Origin: Dehalococcoidia bacterium
GTDB taxonomy: Bacteria; Chloroflexota; Dehalococcoidia; Dehalococcoidales; UBA1222
DNA: 64,000 bases
Assembly: GCA_009779255.1 (NCBI GenBank)
Contig: WREQ01000001.1
Coordinates: 5,190 to 69,189 of the forward strand
Reading direction: 5' to 3'
The stretch's first letter is position 1. Every line of letters begins with the position of its first letter. Positions 17,436 to 26,262 of this stretch are shown one piece after another. The position numbers and the translations under genes are program-made. The notes under the pieces are model-generated. The model saw nothing but the letters and a program-made list of their open reading frames with translations, was not told where the DNA came from and did no database searches.

Positions 17436-18251
17436 TTGCCGAATCTTTCAGAATTTTTAGGCGCTATCGTACAAGAGACCGCCAGGGCAAGAATGCTGAT
17501 GGATCTCGCATCGGTCCGCATCGCCGAGGCCTATTATCAGGACATGTATCTCAAACATCTTTCCGTCCCGCATTTTAAAATGCCAGAGGTGACGGTGGAA
17601 ATGCCAGTGGCGATTGTGCAGGTCAATTCGCCCGGCAGCAACGTGACGAACAGCAAGTTATTGACCGAGATTAAAAAGCGCGTCACCAGCGATCTGGGCA
17701 ATCTCATGCCGCGCGTCTTGGTCACAATACAGGACTCCGCGACGCCGGTCAAAACGATGACCTTGCGTTCGTTGCCCACCCGCGCCGCCACGCTGAGCAG
17801 TCTGAAGGGAGCAGAGTTGAGCGCGCGCACAAAGACTACCAGTAAGACTATTGTTGACATCGTGTTCAAAAATGCGTCCCCGAACACGGATGGGTATAAC
17901 ATGCCAATCCGGCTGACGCGTTTGGCCGACGATCTGGAGTTGTCCCTGTCGCGGGAACTGACCACGAATTATCGGGATTACTTCGTGGATAACAAAGGCA
18001 ACCTTGATCAGCAAGCCGTCGATGGTGTGCTGCGTTTGGCCAGAGAGTCGTTTTTCGACAGCGTCACGTCGATTATGGAAAAAGAGGAAACGACGGTCGA
18101 GATCATCGGCAACACCTCGGCGTTGATTGGCACCAGCGATACGAAATATATGACCGTGGTCAAGATGACCCTGCGTGAGCAGGATTTCGAATGGAAGCTG
18201 GGTGAAAAAGACGACAACGGCATCGAGGAACGTCATCTTACCATTGAGTGA
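17436..18251 (+). CDS. hypothetical protein P2 (possible remote paralogue of P1)
   Basis: ORF 17364..18251. The preferred TTG start at 17436 lies 5 nt after GGAGGAG. LSEFLGAIVQETARARML... helix followed by SVPHFKMPEVTVEMPVAI echoes the P1 helix and VP...DEVTIDF elements. No known motifs. Confidence 0.7.
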   Translation: MPNLSEFLGAIVQETARARMLMDLASVRIAEAYYQDMYLKHLSVPHFKMPEVTVEMPVAIVQVNSPGSNVTNSKLLTEIKKRVTSDLGNLMPRVLVTIQDSATPVKTMTLRSLPTRAATLSSLKGAELSARTKTTSKTIVDIVFKNASPNTDGYNMPIRLTRLADDLELSLSRELTTNYRDYFVDNKGNLDQQAVDGVLRLARESFFDSVTSIMEKEETTVEIIGNTSALIGTSDTKYMTVVKMTLREQDFEWKLGEKDDNGIEERHLTIE

Positions 18252-18273
18252 CATTGAAAGGGGAGGATGATCG

Positions 18274-18858
18274 TTGATTCTCTATACGGTGCTGGCGGAA
18301 CTGGACGGTATTCTGGCCGAAACCGCTTCGTTGGTTGACCTCTATAAAAATAAGGAGCTTTCGTTTTACGACAAATCCATGAAATGGCTGGAGCGGCTTG
18401 AAAAGCTTGCGGATGAAAACCGCTGGGTCATCAAGGCCGAAATAGCCTCGTTGCGCGGCAGGATCATCACCGCTTCCCGTATGCAGGCAGATGACACCTT
18501 CAGCTGGATGCCCATGTCCAAAAACCGCCGCCGTGCAAAGGATGCGCTGACCGCCGAATGCATCAATATCGCGGTCAGCCGCTCGGTGGACTTCGTGCAA
18601 AAGGACAGGGAGCTGCAAAACGAAGCGGCCAATATATTGAGGCAGGTTCTATCGGTAGCCATTTCCAAAGGCTTGGTGGAACCACGTCCAAGCGCGGCCG
18701 TTGACAGCAGTTTTATAACCCACAGCTGGCGCGCGGCGGCATCCGACCAAGAGTTGGCCAAGATGTGCGCGCACGTGGTCGGGCTTATCGGGGCGTATAA
18801 CGCGTATATATTGTTCGACAAGGCCTTTGGGGATATTTTTATCAACGGCCACTGTTGA
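18274..18858 (+). CDS. hypothetical protein P3 (predicted mostly helical, unknown function)
   Basis: 194 aa. TTG start lies 5 nt after GGGGAGGA and 22 nt after the P2 stop, which suggests translational coupling. No recognisable family. Confidence 0.65.
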   Translation: MILYTVLAELDGILAETASLVDLYKNKELSFYDKSMKWLERLEKLADENRWVIKAEIASLRGRIITASRMQADDTFSWMPMSKNRRRAKDALTAECINIAVSRSVDFVQKDRELQNEAANILRQVLSVAISKGLVEPRPSAAVDSSFITHSWRAAASDQELAKMCAHVVGLIGAYNAYILFDKAFGDIFINGHC

Positions 18859-19066
18859 TATTCGCCACCAGCGTTACAACCAACCTGACTTTCAACGTGG
18901 TGGATCATAATTTAATCTCAAAAGGCAACTCGTCCCCTACAACCCCATTCGTCCTCACCATGCGATGCGCATCAATGGCAGATAGGTGCCGCACCTCATA
19001 GGCTACTTCAATACGCTGGAATACAATCCCCTTAAGTCCAATATGTATTGGAACTTATACACGGCT

Positions 19067-19095
19067 TTGACAATAGCTGTATATAGTGCTATTTT
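19067..19095 (+). promoter_or_regulatory. candidate sigma70-like promoter with extended -10 for the lipoprotein gene
   Basis: TTGACA (19067-19072), a 17-nt spacer, then TGcTATTTT (19087-19095). Confidence 0.45.
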
Positions 19096-19187
19096 GAAGA
19101 AGAACTAAGGGATAGTATCACAGTTATGGAGACCATCGGGCATAAAACTTGGGAATCGTCAATCCTGCATCTGTCAGGGAAAATTGA

Positions 19188-19778
19188 ATGAAAAAACTGA
19201 TGCCACTCCTTGTCGCCTTTCTTGTCGCGCTAACATTGCCAATATCATGTAATAGCGCCACAACACCTAGTGAGGCCGGATTTCTTCTTAATGTCACGGC
19301 TGGACCGGGAGGTACTGTTCAGTCTGAAGTCAACGGGACATATTCCCCCAGAGAACAAATTGAGATAACCGCCTACCCAGATCATGGATTCTCATTCTAT
19401 AGATGGGTTGTCTATTCAGCTGATTCTAGTGGTCCATGGTTGTTCAAAAATCAAAACCCGGCTCGGTTTGCAATACAATGGAATTTAGACATTGTAGCTA
19501 CGTTCAAAGAGACGAGTGAACTGTTTTTTCTATCCATTGTCGATGGGCCGCACGGCGGAATCCCAGCCGGAGGGGCATCAATCTATAGCGGCAATTACCT
19601 TGCAGGAGAAGTAATAGCAGGGCTAATCGTACGCCCTAATCCTGGATGGTCGTTTGAAAGGTGGGTTATATTCTCAAGAGATTTTGAGATCATGGGAACT
19701 ATTGAGCACGGCGTTGACACATTTGTCATGCCTTCATACGACGTGATTCTAGTAGCTGAATATAAAGAAGCATCATAA
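19188..19778 (+). CDS. predicted lipoprotein with two divergent InlB B-repeat-like beta domains
   Basis: MKKLMPLLVAFLVALTLPISC gives a signal peptide and lipobox. Two ~80-aa repeats each carry a GG(T/I)...Y..GE.I...A.P..G(F/W)SF.RW pattern. The gene is visibly AT-richer than its flanks. Confidence 0.7.
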   Translation: MKKLMPLLVAFLVALTLPISCNSATTPSEAGFLLNVTAGPGGTVQSEVNGTYSPREQIEITAYPDHGFSFYRWVVYSADSSGPWLFKNQNPARFAIQWNLDIVATFKETSELFFLSIVDGPHGGIPAGGASIYSGNYLAGEVIAGLIVRPNPGWSFERWVIFSRDFEIMGTIEHGVDTFVMPSYDVILVAEYKEAS

Positions 19779-19840
19779 TCACCATTCATAGCTAATATCT
19801 CGTCTATTCCGGCTTCCGTCTAAACGGACAGAAACGACAG

Positions 19841-21664
19841 CTACCCCAAGAACTCTTTGATTTTCCGCGCAATCAGCGGCGTGATGCCGCGTATCTGGAT
19901 TAACTCCTCCAGCGTCGCCTGTTTGACCCCGGCGAAAGTGCCGAACTTTTTGAGCAGGGCGCTACGGCGGCGCGGACCGATACCCGGCACGTCATCCAGC
20001 GCCGAAGCCAATGCTTCACGCTTACGAAGCTTTTGGTGATAACCCAGAGCGAAACGATGCGCCTCGTCCCGCACACGCTGGAGAAGTTGCAGCCCAGGTG
20101 ACACAGCCGGCAGATTAATCGGCTCGGAGCGGCGCGGCAGGAAAATCTCTTCTTTCTCTTTTGCCAGTCCGACGGCGGGGATGTCTCCCACACCAGATTG
20201 CTCCATCGCCTCACGAGCCGCCGAAAGCTGCCCCTTGCCACCGTCTATAAGAACGAGAGCCGGTAAGGTCCAGCTTTTATCGTTCCCACCGGCATGGGAG
20301 AAACGCCGACGTAGCATTTCCCCTAACATGGCGAAATCGTTGGCACCTTCTACTCCCACGATACGAAAACGGCGGTATTTAACAGGCGCCGGCCTGCCTT
20401 CCTCAAAAACAACCATGGAACCCACCGCCATGCGCCCCTGAATGTTGGATATGTCGTAACCCTCAATACGGGAGGGAATGTTCGAAAGTTTCAAGACGTC
20501 TTTCAACTCGGTCAGAGCTGCGTTCAATGTCGAAGCCTGCGCGAGATTCTTGACACGAAGCTGCTCCAGTCCCCTGACGGCATTCTGCTCTACGATGTTC
20601 ATCAGTTCGCGGGACGGACCGCGCTCCGGAACGCGCAGTGAAACCGCGCCGCCCCGACGGTCAGAGAGCCATTTTCCGATGATCGCCGCCTCTTTTACCG
20701 GATGCTGCAGCAGTATCAGAGGCGGGATATTCATGGTGGCAGCATAATACTGTTGGACAAAATCGGTCATTATCTGGTCCGGATTTTCAGCTTCAACCCC
20801 GGAAAGAGTGAACCCTTCCCGCCCGACAAGCTTGCCGCCGCGCACAAAAAACACCTGCGCCAATGCCTGATCAGCGTCTATGGCAAAAGCAATGGCGTCC
20901 TGATCGCCGCGAACCCGCGCGGCTAGTTTCTGCCATGCCGTAACCTGCCGAATACCGTTCAGCTGATCTCTCAGCCATGCAGCGCGTTCGTATTGCTGTA
21001 ATTCGGCGGCCTGACGCATTCGGGCGACGAGATTTTTTTCCAACAGCTTCTGCCTTCCATCCAGAAAGAGGATAACCTCCCTGATGGTTTGCATATATTC
21101 TTCGCGACTGATTTTGCCGGCACATGGCGCCATGCAGCGACGCATGTCATATTCCAGACACGGGCGGCGCACGCGGCTACCAAGCTGTATATCGCACGAA
21201 CGAAAGGGAAAGATGGATTTTACCGCGTCCAGCGAGTGCCTTATTGAGCGGGAATTGGCAAAAGGACCGAAATAGCGCGCGCCGTCGGATGCGGCATGAC
21301 GCACTATCTGCACGCGAGGCCATTCCTCTTTCAGGTCTATCCTGAGGTAAGGAAATCCCTTGTCGTCCCTGAGACGAACATTGAAATGCGGACGAAATTT
21401 TTTTACCAGATTGAGTTCCAGCACCAGAGCCTCCTCTTCGGAAGATACGATATAGAACTCAAAGTCGGAGACATTCGCAACCATGCGCGCTGTCTTGGGG
21501 TCATGTTCGGTTTTCATAAAGTAGCTACTGACGCGATTACGCAGGTTAACAGCCTTGCCGACATAAATAATCTTGCCGGCAGCGCTTTTCATAACGTAAA
21601 CGCCAGGTTCCGTGGGCAGCTGTCTGGCGCGAGTCAGGAGCGGACTGATTTTTTCAGCAGACAT
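19841..21664 (-). CDS. uvrC: excinuclease ABC subunit C
   Basis: ORF 19841..21781 trimmed to MSAEKISPLL (M37 at 21673 is also possible). GIY-YIG motif (GVYVMK...IIYVGKA) and a C-terminal HhH are present. Confidence 0.93.
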   Translation of the reverse strand: MSAEKISPLLTRARQLPTEPGVYVMKSAAGKIIYVGKAVNLRNRVSSYFMKTEHDPKTARMVANVSDFEFYIVSSEEEALVLELNLVKKFRPHFNVRLRDDKGFPYLRIDLKEEWPRVQIVRHAASDGARYFGPFANSRSIRHSLDAVKSIFPFRSCDIQLGSRVRRPCLEYDMRRCMAPCAGKISREEYMQTIREVILFLDGRQKLLEKNLVARMRQAAELQQYERAAWLRDQLNGIRQVTAWQKLAARVRGDQDAIAFAIDADQALAQVFFVRGGKLVGREGFTLSGVEAENPDQIMTDFVQQYYAATMNIPPLILLQHPVKEAAIIGKWLSDRRGGAVSLRVPERGPSRELMNIVEQNAVRGLEQLRVKNLAQASTLNAALTELKDVLKLSNIPSRIEGYDISNIQGRMAVGSMVVFEEGRPAPVKYRRFRIVGVEGANDFAMLGEMLRRRFSHAGGNDKSWTLPALVLIDGGKGQLSAAREAMEQSGVGDIPAVGLAKEKEEIFLPRRSEPINLPAVSPGLQLLQRVRDEAHRFALGYHQKLRKREALASALDDVPGIGPRRRSALLKKFGTFAGVKQATLEELIQIRGITPLIARKIKEFLG

Positions 21665-21812
21665 ACTGCACATTTTAACACACGCGCCGGAAGACCAGCC
21701 GCGGATTCCGATCTTTAAATGGGGAATCATGACAAGGCGACATACGGCACGGGGAAAGAAATGGATGTGCCCGCCTTGCAAGCAGGCCGCTCCGCGTGTT
21801 AGTTTATGCTTA

Positions 21813-22343
21813 ATGAGACGAGACCATGTTTACAGGGGCAACGACCCTGCCGAATTTCTGGTGGAAAACCATGCATTGTTGCCGCGTGGCAAGGCACTGG
21901 ATATAGCCATGGGTGCCGGGCGCAACGCGGTATATATAGCCAAAGCCGGCCTGGACGTACTGGGCATCGAGATTGCCCCCGATGCGGTAGACAAGGCGCT
22001 GATTTTGGCAGCCGCGGAGGGAGTTAAAATATCAACCATTGTGGCAGATTTGGAAAGCGACTATCACCTGTCGCCGGCAGCCTACGACCTGATTATCTGC
22101 TTTTACTACCTGCACCGCCCGCTTATCCATGAGATAAAGCAGGCGCTCAGGCGGGGCGGGATAATCATATATGAAACCTTTACCGTAGACCAGAAGCAGT
22201 GGGACAAACCGTCCAACCCCGATCACCTGCTGAAACATGGCGAACTGCACGATATGTTCAGCGACTGGCGCGTCATCAAATACCGCGAGGGCATCATCGA
22301 ACCACGCAAAGCCATCGCCAGTATCGTTGCCTCCAAACCGTAA
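21813..22343 (+). CDS. class I SAM-dependent methyltransferase (TehB-like, small)
   Basis: ORF 21612..22343 trimmed to MRRDHVYRGND, because the upstream part overlaps uvrC. ALDIAMGAGRNAVYIA is SAM-binding motif I. Confidence 0.8.
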   Translation: MRRDHVYRGNDPAEFLVENHALLPRGKALDIAMGAGRNAVYIAKAGLDVLGIEIAPDAVDKALILAAAEGVKISTIVADLESDYHLSPAAYDLIICFYYLHRPLIHEIKQALRRGGIIIYETFTVDQKQWDKPSNPDHLLKHGELHDMFSDWRVIKYREGIIEPRKAIASIVASKP

Positions 22344-22512
22344 CAGGCTTCGTAAAACCGAGCATTTCACAGTGCAAATCAGTCTACCGGAAAGATGTTC
22401 CTTGAACAGGGACAGGCCCGAATGGCAAGTGCCGCAACGCCTGTCTAAAATCCCGTTCTCCAACTTTGATACGTGGTATGAAAGAAATTATTCAGATTTT
22501 GGCAAAACAGGC

Positions 22513-22540
22513 TTGCATTCTTCATCTGTTATGTTAAAAT
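22513..22540 (+). promoter_or_regulatory. candidate promoter with extended -10 upstream of xerC/D
   Basis: TTGCAT (22513-22518), a 16-nt spacer, then TGtTAAAAT (22532-22540). Confidence 0.4.
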
Positions 22541-22565
22541 AAGTGGACTTTCAAAAGAGGTGCCT

Positions 22566-23501
22566 GTGAGACAAGATATCGACAACTTTCTGAATTACCT
22601 TCGTGTTGAGAAGGGTTTCTCCGCCAACACCACCGCGGCTTACGCCAATGACCTCAACCAGCTGGCTACTTTCGCCGAAGATAAAGCCGCTATGGAAGGC
22701 AGCCACGACCCTATATGGAAAAATTTTGATCGGCCAGCGATGTTATCCTATCTGCTGGATCTCAAGGAACGCGGCTACGCCGTTACCACCGTAGCACGCA
22801 AGGTTGCCGCCGCTAAAAGTTTCTTCAGCTTTCTGGTGTCCGAAGGGAAGATCACCGCCGACCCCATGGAAAACATTAGCTCCCCCAAGGTGGGAAAGGC
22901 ACTGCCCGACACACTGACCGTAACCCAGGTGCGGCAACTCATCGAGCAGCCGTCCAAAAGCGACAGCCCGGAGGCACATCGCGACCGCGCCATGCTGGAG
23001 CTTTTATACGCCAGCGGTATGCGCGTAAGCGAGCTGGTAGGGCTGGACATCGGAGACATTGACACTAAAGCCGGTACGGTGCGGCCGTTTGGCAAGGGGA
23101 ACAAGGAACGACTGGTGCCGATTTATCCTCAGGCCGCCCTGATTGTAGAAACTTATACCCGTGAAGTCCGTCCGCGCTTCGTGCGCTCCAATGAAGAAAA
23201 AGCGCTGTTCGTAAACCAGCGCGGTGAGCGCCTGACCCGTCAGGGACTATGGCAGATTTTGAAGGGCTACGCCAAGAGTATCGGACTGGAGAAACAGGTA
23301 AAACCTCATACCTTGCGGCACAGTTTCGCCACTCACATGCTTAACGGTGGCGCCGATCTGCGTTCGGTTCAGGAACTGCTGGGACACGCCAATATTTCAA
23401 CCACCCAAATTTATACCCATCTCACGTCAGAACATGTGCGGCAGGCCTATGACCGCGCCCATCCCAGGGCAAAACGGGCAGGTACCGCACAGCAGTCATG
23501 A
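22566..23501 (+). CDS. xerD: site-specific tyrosine recombinase XerC/XerD
   Basis: N-terminal FLNYLRVEKGFSANTTAAYANDL plus the catalytic region RHSFATHML...GHANISTTQIYTH. GTG at 22566 (5 nt after AAGAGG) is preferred over GTG at 22560. The XerC versus XerD assignment is not resolvable by eye. Confidence 0.88.
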   Translation: MRQDIDNFLNYLRVEKGFSANTTAAYANDLNQLATFAEDKAAMEGSHDPIWKNFDRPAMLSYLLDLKERGYAVTTVARKVAAAKSFFSFLVSEGKITADPMENISSPKVGKALPDTLTVTQVRQLIEQPSKSDSPEAHRDRAMLELLYASGMRVSELVGLDIGDIDTKAGTVRPFGKGNKERLVPIYPQAALIVETYTREVRPRFVRSNEEKALFVNQRGERLTRQGLWQILKGYAKSIGLEKQVKPHTLRHSFATHMLNGGADLRSVQELLGHANISTTQIYTHLTSEHVRQAYDRAHPRAKRAGTAQQS

Positions 23502-23636
23502 ATATTCCGAGCTTGACATAAACAGCACAGGCTCGGTCTATCATCAAGACAGCGTACCAGACAGTCAATCGGGCGGTGTATCCGTCCGTGTATAACTGAA
23601 TAAAACATGTGCCTACTGGCACAGAGAGGTTGTTAG

Positions 23637-25712
23637 ATGAAACAGTACTCTCCGGAACACATCCGCAACGTGGCATTGCTGTCGCACAGCGGCGCGGGTA
23701 AAACGACCCTTTCCGAATCCATATTATTCAGTACCGGCGTTATCAACCGACTGGGGAAAGTCGATGCCGGCACCACCACCTCGGACTACGACCCCGACGA
23801 AATTAAACAACATATCTCCATCAATCTTTCATTGCTGCCGTTAGAGTGGCGTGAAACCAAGATAAATCTGCTGGACACCCCCGGCTATCTGGACTTCGTG
23901 GGCGAGGTCAAGTCGGCTGTCAGGGTGACCGACGGGGCAGTAATGCTGGCCTCGGCCGCCTCCGGGCTTGAGGTCGGCACGGAACTGGCATGGAATTACA
24001 GCGCGGATGCCGAACAGGCGCGGCTTATATTTATAAACAAAATGGACCGCGAAAATGCCGATTTCACCCGGACAATGGAGCAGTTTCAAGCACGCTTCGG
24101 ACCGCGTTGCGTTGCCATACAGCTGCCTATCGGGGCGCATTCCAACTTCAAAGGCGTTATTGATCTCATCACGATGAAAGCTTACACAGGGACTCAGAGC
24201 CAGGAGGAACCCATCCCAACTGAACTGCTTGAACAGGCAAATGCTCTGCATGGCAGGCTGGTAGAGACTGTCGCCGAAAGCGATGACACCCTTATGGAAA
24301 AATATCTGGGCGGTGGAGAAATAACCCCTGATGAAATTGCCGCCGGGCTTAAGGCGGCAGTGCCAGCCGGCAGGATTGTGCCAATTCTCGCCGGCTCCGG
24401 ACTTTTGGGCATCGGGGTGACGCAATTTCTGGATGCCATTGAGCGCTATCTGCCTTCCCCATCGCAAGGCAAAATAAAGTTCACGGAAGATTCCCCCTGT
24501 AAAGACCTGGAAATCGCCACCGGGGAACCGCTGTCCGCACTGGTATTCAAAACTACCGCCGACCCGTATGTGGGTAAGTTGACATATTTTCGCGTGTATT
24601 CCGGCACCATCGATTCAAACTCACAGGTGTGGAACGCCAACCAAAACGCCGCCGAGCGTATCGGCCAGCTGTTTCTGGTTCGCGGTAAAACGCAGGAGCC
24701 AGTGGCCAAAATCGAGGCCGGTGACATCGGCGCCGTCGCCAAGCTGGGCATAACCGCCACCAGTGATACACTGGGTACGCAGTCTCGTCCGGTTAAGCTG
24801 TCGCCGGTGGTGTTCCCCAAGCCGGTTTACAGCGTGGCTGTCAACCCCAAAACAAAGGCTGACCTCGACAAGATGGGCTCTGCCCTTGCCAGACTGGCGG
24901 AAGAGGACATGACACTCAGTGTAAAACGCGATCCCGACACCGCTGAAACCATCCTGTCCGGCATCGGCGATACGCAAATGTCTGTGGCTACCGAAAAAAT
25001 ACAGCGCAAATTCGGCGTGGGGGTAGATCTCACCCCACCCAAAGTTCCTTATCGCGAGAGCATTACCATTCCGTCACAAGCTGAATACAAGCATAAAAAG
25101 CAGACCGGCGGCCGCGGGCAGTACGGACACGTGGTCATGCAGTTTGAGCCGCTGCCGCGCGACTCGGACAGCGGATTTGAAAACAGGGTGGTCGGCGGCA
25201 CCGTTCCTAAAAATTACGTGCCGGCCGTGGAAAAAGGGATCGTCGAAGGTCTCAAGGAGGGAGCGCTGGCCGGTTATCCAGTTGTGGGAATCAAATGTAT
25301 CCTGATAGACGGCAGCTATCATCCGGTAGACTCATCCGAAATCTGTTTCAAAATTGCCGGCGCCGGCGCGCTCAAGCAGGGCATACTCGATGGCAAACCG
25401 GTGTTGCTGGAACCCGTCGTTAACCTGAAAATCACCGTGCCCAACGAATTTACCGGAGATATTCTCTCCGACCTTAACACCAAACGGGCGCGAGTCATGG
25501 GCATGCATCCTGAGGGCGGCATAAATGACATCAACGCCGAGGCACCAATGGCAGAAGTGTTGCGCTATGCCATTGACCTCAAAAGCATCACCCAGGGACG
25601 CGGCACCTACAGCATGGAGTTCTCCCGTTACGATGATGTGCCGGCTAATATTACGCAGAAAATCATCGCCGATCGGCAGGCGGAAAGAGAAAAGGAAGCT
25701 GCGGCCAAGTAA
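23637..25712 (+). CDS. elongation factor G paralogue (EF-G2-like translational GTPase)
   Basis: 691 aa with the five-domain EF-G layout (DTPGYLDF, INKMDR). It has an atypical P-loop, SHSGAGKTT, and is not in a str-operon context. Confidence 0.85.
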   Translation: MKQYSPEHIRNVALLSHSGAGKTTLSESILFSTGVINRLGKVDAGTTTSDYDPDEIKQHISINLSLLPLEWRETKINLLDTPGYLDFVGEVKSAVRVTDGAVMLASAASGLEVGTELAWNYSADAEQARLIFINKMDRENADFTRTMEQFQARFGPRCVAIQLPIGAHSNFKGVIDLITMKAYTGTQSQEEPIPTELLEQANALHGRLVETVAESDDTLMEKYLGGGEITPDEIAAGLKAAVPAGRIVPILAGSGLLGIGVTQFLDAIERYLPSPSQGKIKFTEDSPCKDLEIATGEPLSALVFKTTADPYVGKLTYFRVYSGTIDSNSQVWNANQNAAERIGQLFLVRGKTQEPVAKIEAGDIGAVAKLGITATSDTLGTQSRPVKLSPVVFPKPVYSVAVNPKTKADLDKMGSALARLAEEDMTLSVKRDPDTAETILSGIGDTQMSVATEKIQRKFGVGVDLTPPKVPYRESITIPSQAEYKHKKQTGGRGQYGHVVMQFEPLPRDSDSGFENRVVGGTVPKNYVPAVEKGIVEGLKEGALAGYPVVGIKCILIDGSYHPVDSSEICFKIAGAGALKQGILDGKPVLLEPVVNLKITVPNEFTGDILSDLNTKRARVMGMHPEGGINDINAEAPMAEVLRYAIDLKSITQGRGTYSMEFSRYDDVPANITQKIIADRQAEREKEAAAK

Positions 25713-25726
25713 ATCCGTTTGAAATA

Positions 25727-25756
25727 TCAGCCCCGTGGGCCGTCCTGCGGGGCTGA
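25727..25756 (+). terminator. hairpin after the EF-G paralogue (no clear U-tract)
   Basis: TCAGCCCCG, a 12-nt loop, then CGGGGCTGA gives a 9-bp stem. The downstream sequence is not T-rich. Confidence 0.35.
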
Positions 25757-25839
25757 CTGCACTATCCACTTGCATGACGGGAGCGACGATGGGGATAGGA
25801 CGATACCCACACACAGACTTCATGTTGGATGGTAGCGAT

Positions 25840-26262
25840 ATGACCACAATAGAAAAGGCCGAGCGACTGCACAAAAGGGTCAACACATTCATGCTCAGTT
25901 GCAACGGGGCGGATGGCTATCCAATGACAAAAGCGGTTGTCCCCGGCAAATACAGAGAATCACTGCGGGAGTTATACTTCTGCACGAACACATCCTCAAA
26001 ATTTGCCGCCCAAGTAAGCCAAAATCCGAAAGGCAATGTCTATTACTATAAACGCATACTGTTTAATTTCAAAGGGTGTCTGCTCAAAGGCGATTTTGAA
26101 ATTGTGAGCGACATGGGCATTAAAGAAAAGCACTGGCAATGGATATTCAAAGATGCTTATCCACAAAAGTCATTCACAGATCCCGACTTCTGTGTCCTGA
26201 AATTCACTCCGATTTCAGGAAGATTTTATGCTGATTTTAAGATTGAAGATTTCAACCTCTGA
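25840..26262 (+). CDS. pyridoxamine 5'-phosphate oxidase-family (general stress protein 26-like) protein
   Basis: MTTIEKAERLHKRVNTFMLSCNGADGYPMTKAV... has the FMN-binding split-barrel pattern. The start is uncertain (25822 or 25840). AT-rich composition. Confidence 0.6.
   Translation: MTTIEKAERLHKRVNTFMLSCNGADGYPMTKAVVPGKYRESLRELYFCTNTSSKFAAQVSQNPKGNVYYYKRILFNFKGCLLKGDFEIVSDMGIKEKHWQWIFKDAYPQKSFTDPDFCVLKFTPISGRFYADFKIEDFNL

Noticed and set aside
17658-18254. 198-aa minus-strand ORF inside the P2 gene
   Set aside because: It is Arg/Gly/Gln-rich like a shadow ORF, has no SD, and is opposite a better-supported gene with promoter, SD and coupling evidence. It cannot be fully excluded because P2 itself is uncharacterised.
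21612-21812. N-terminal extension of the methyltransferase ORF, and similar long extensions of argH, argD, argJ, uvrC, pyrB, pyrR and phoU
   Set aside because: The extensions overlap neighbouring genes, lack SDs and are not part of the conserved protein families. Internal starts fit operon spacing.
26157-26165. Perfect DnaA-box consensus TTATCCACA (and a near-match at about 47441)
   Set aside because: These are single isolated occurrences. The perfect match lies inside a coding region, and there is no cluster or AT-rich unwinding element nearby. Chance occurrence is likely.
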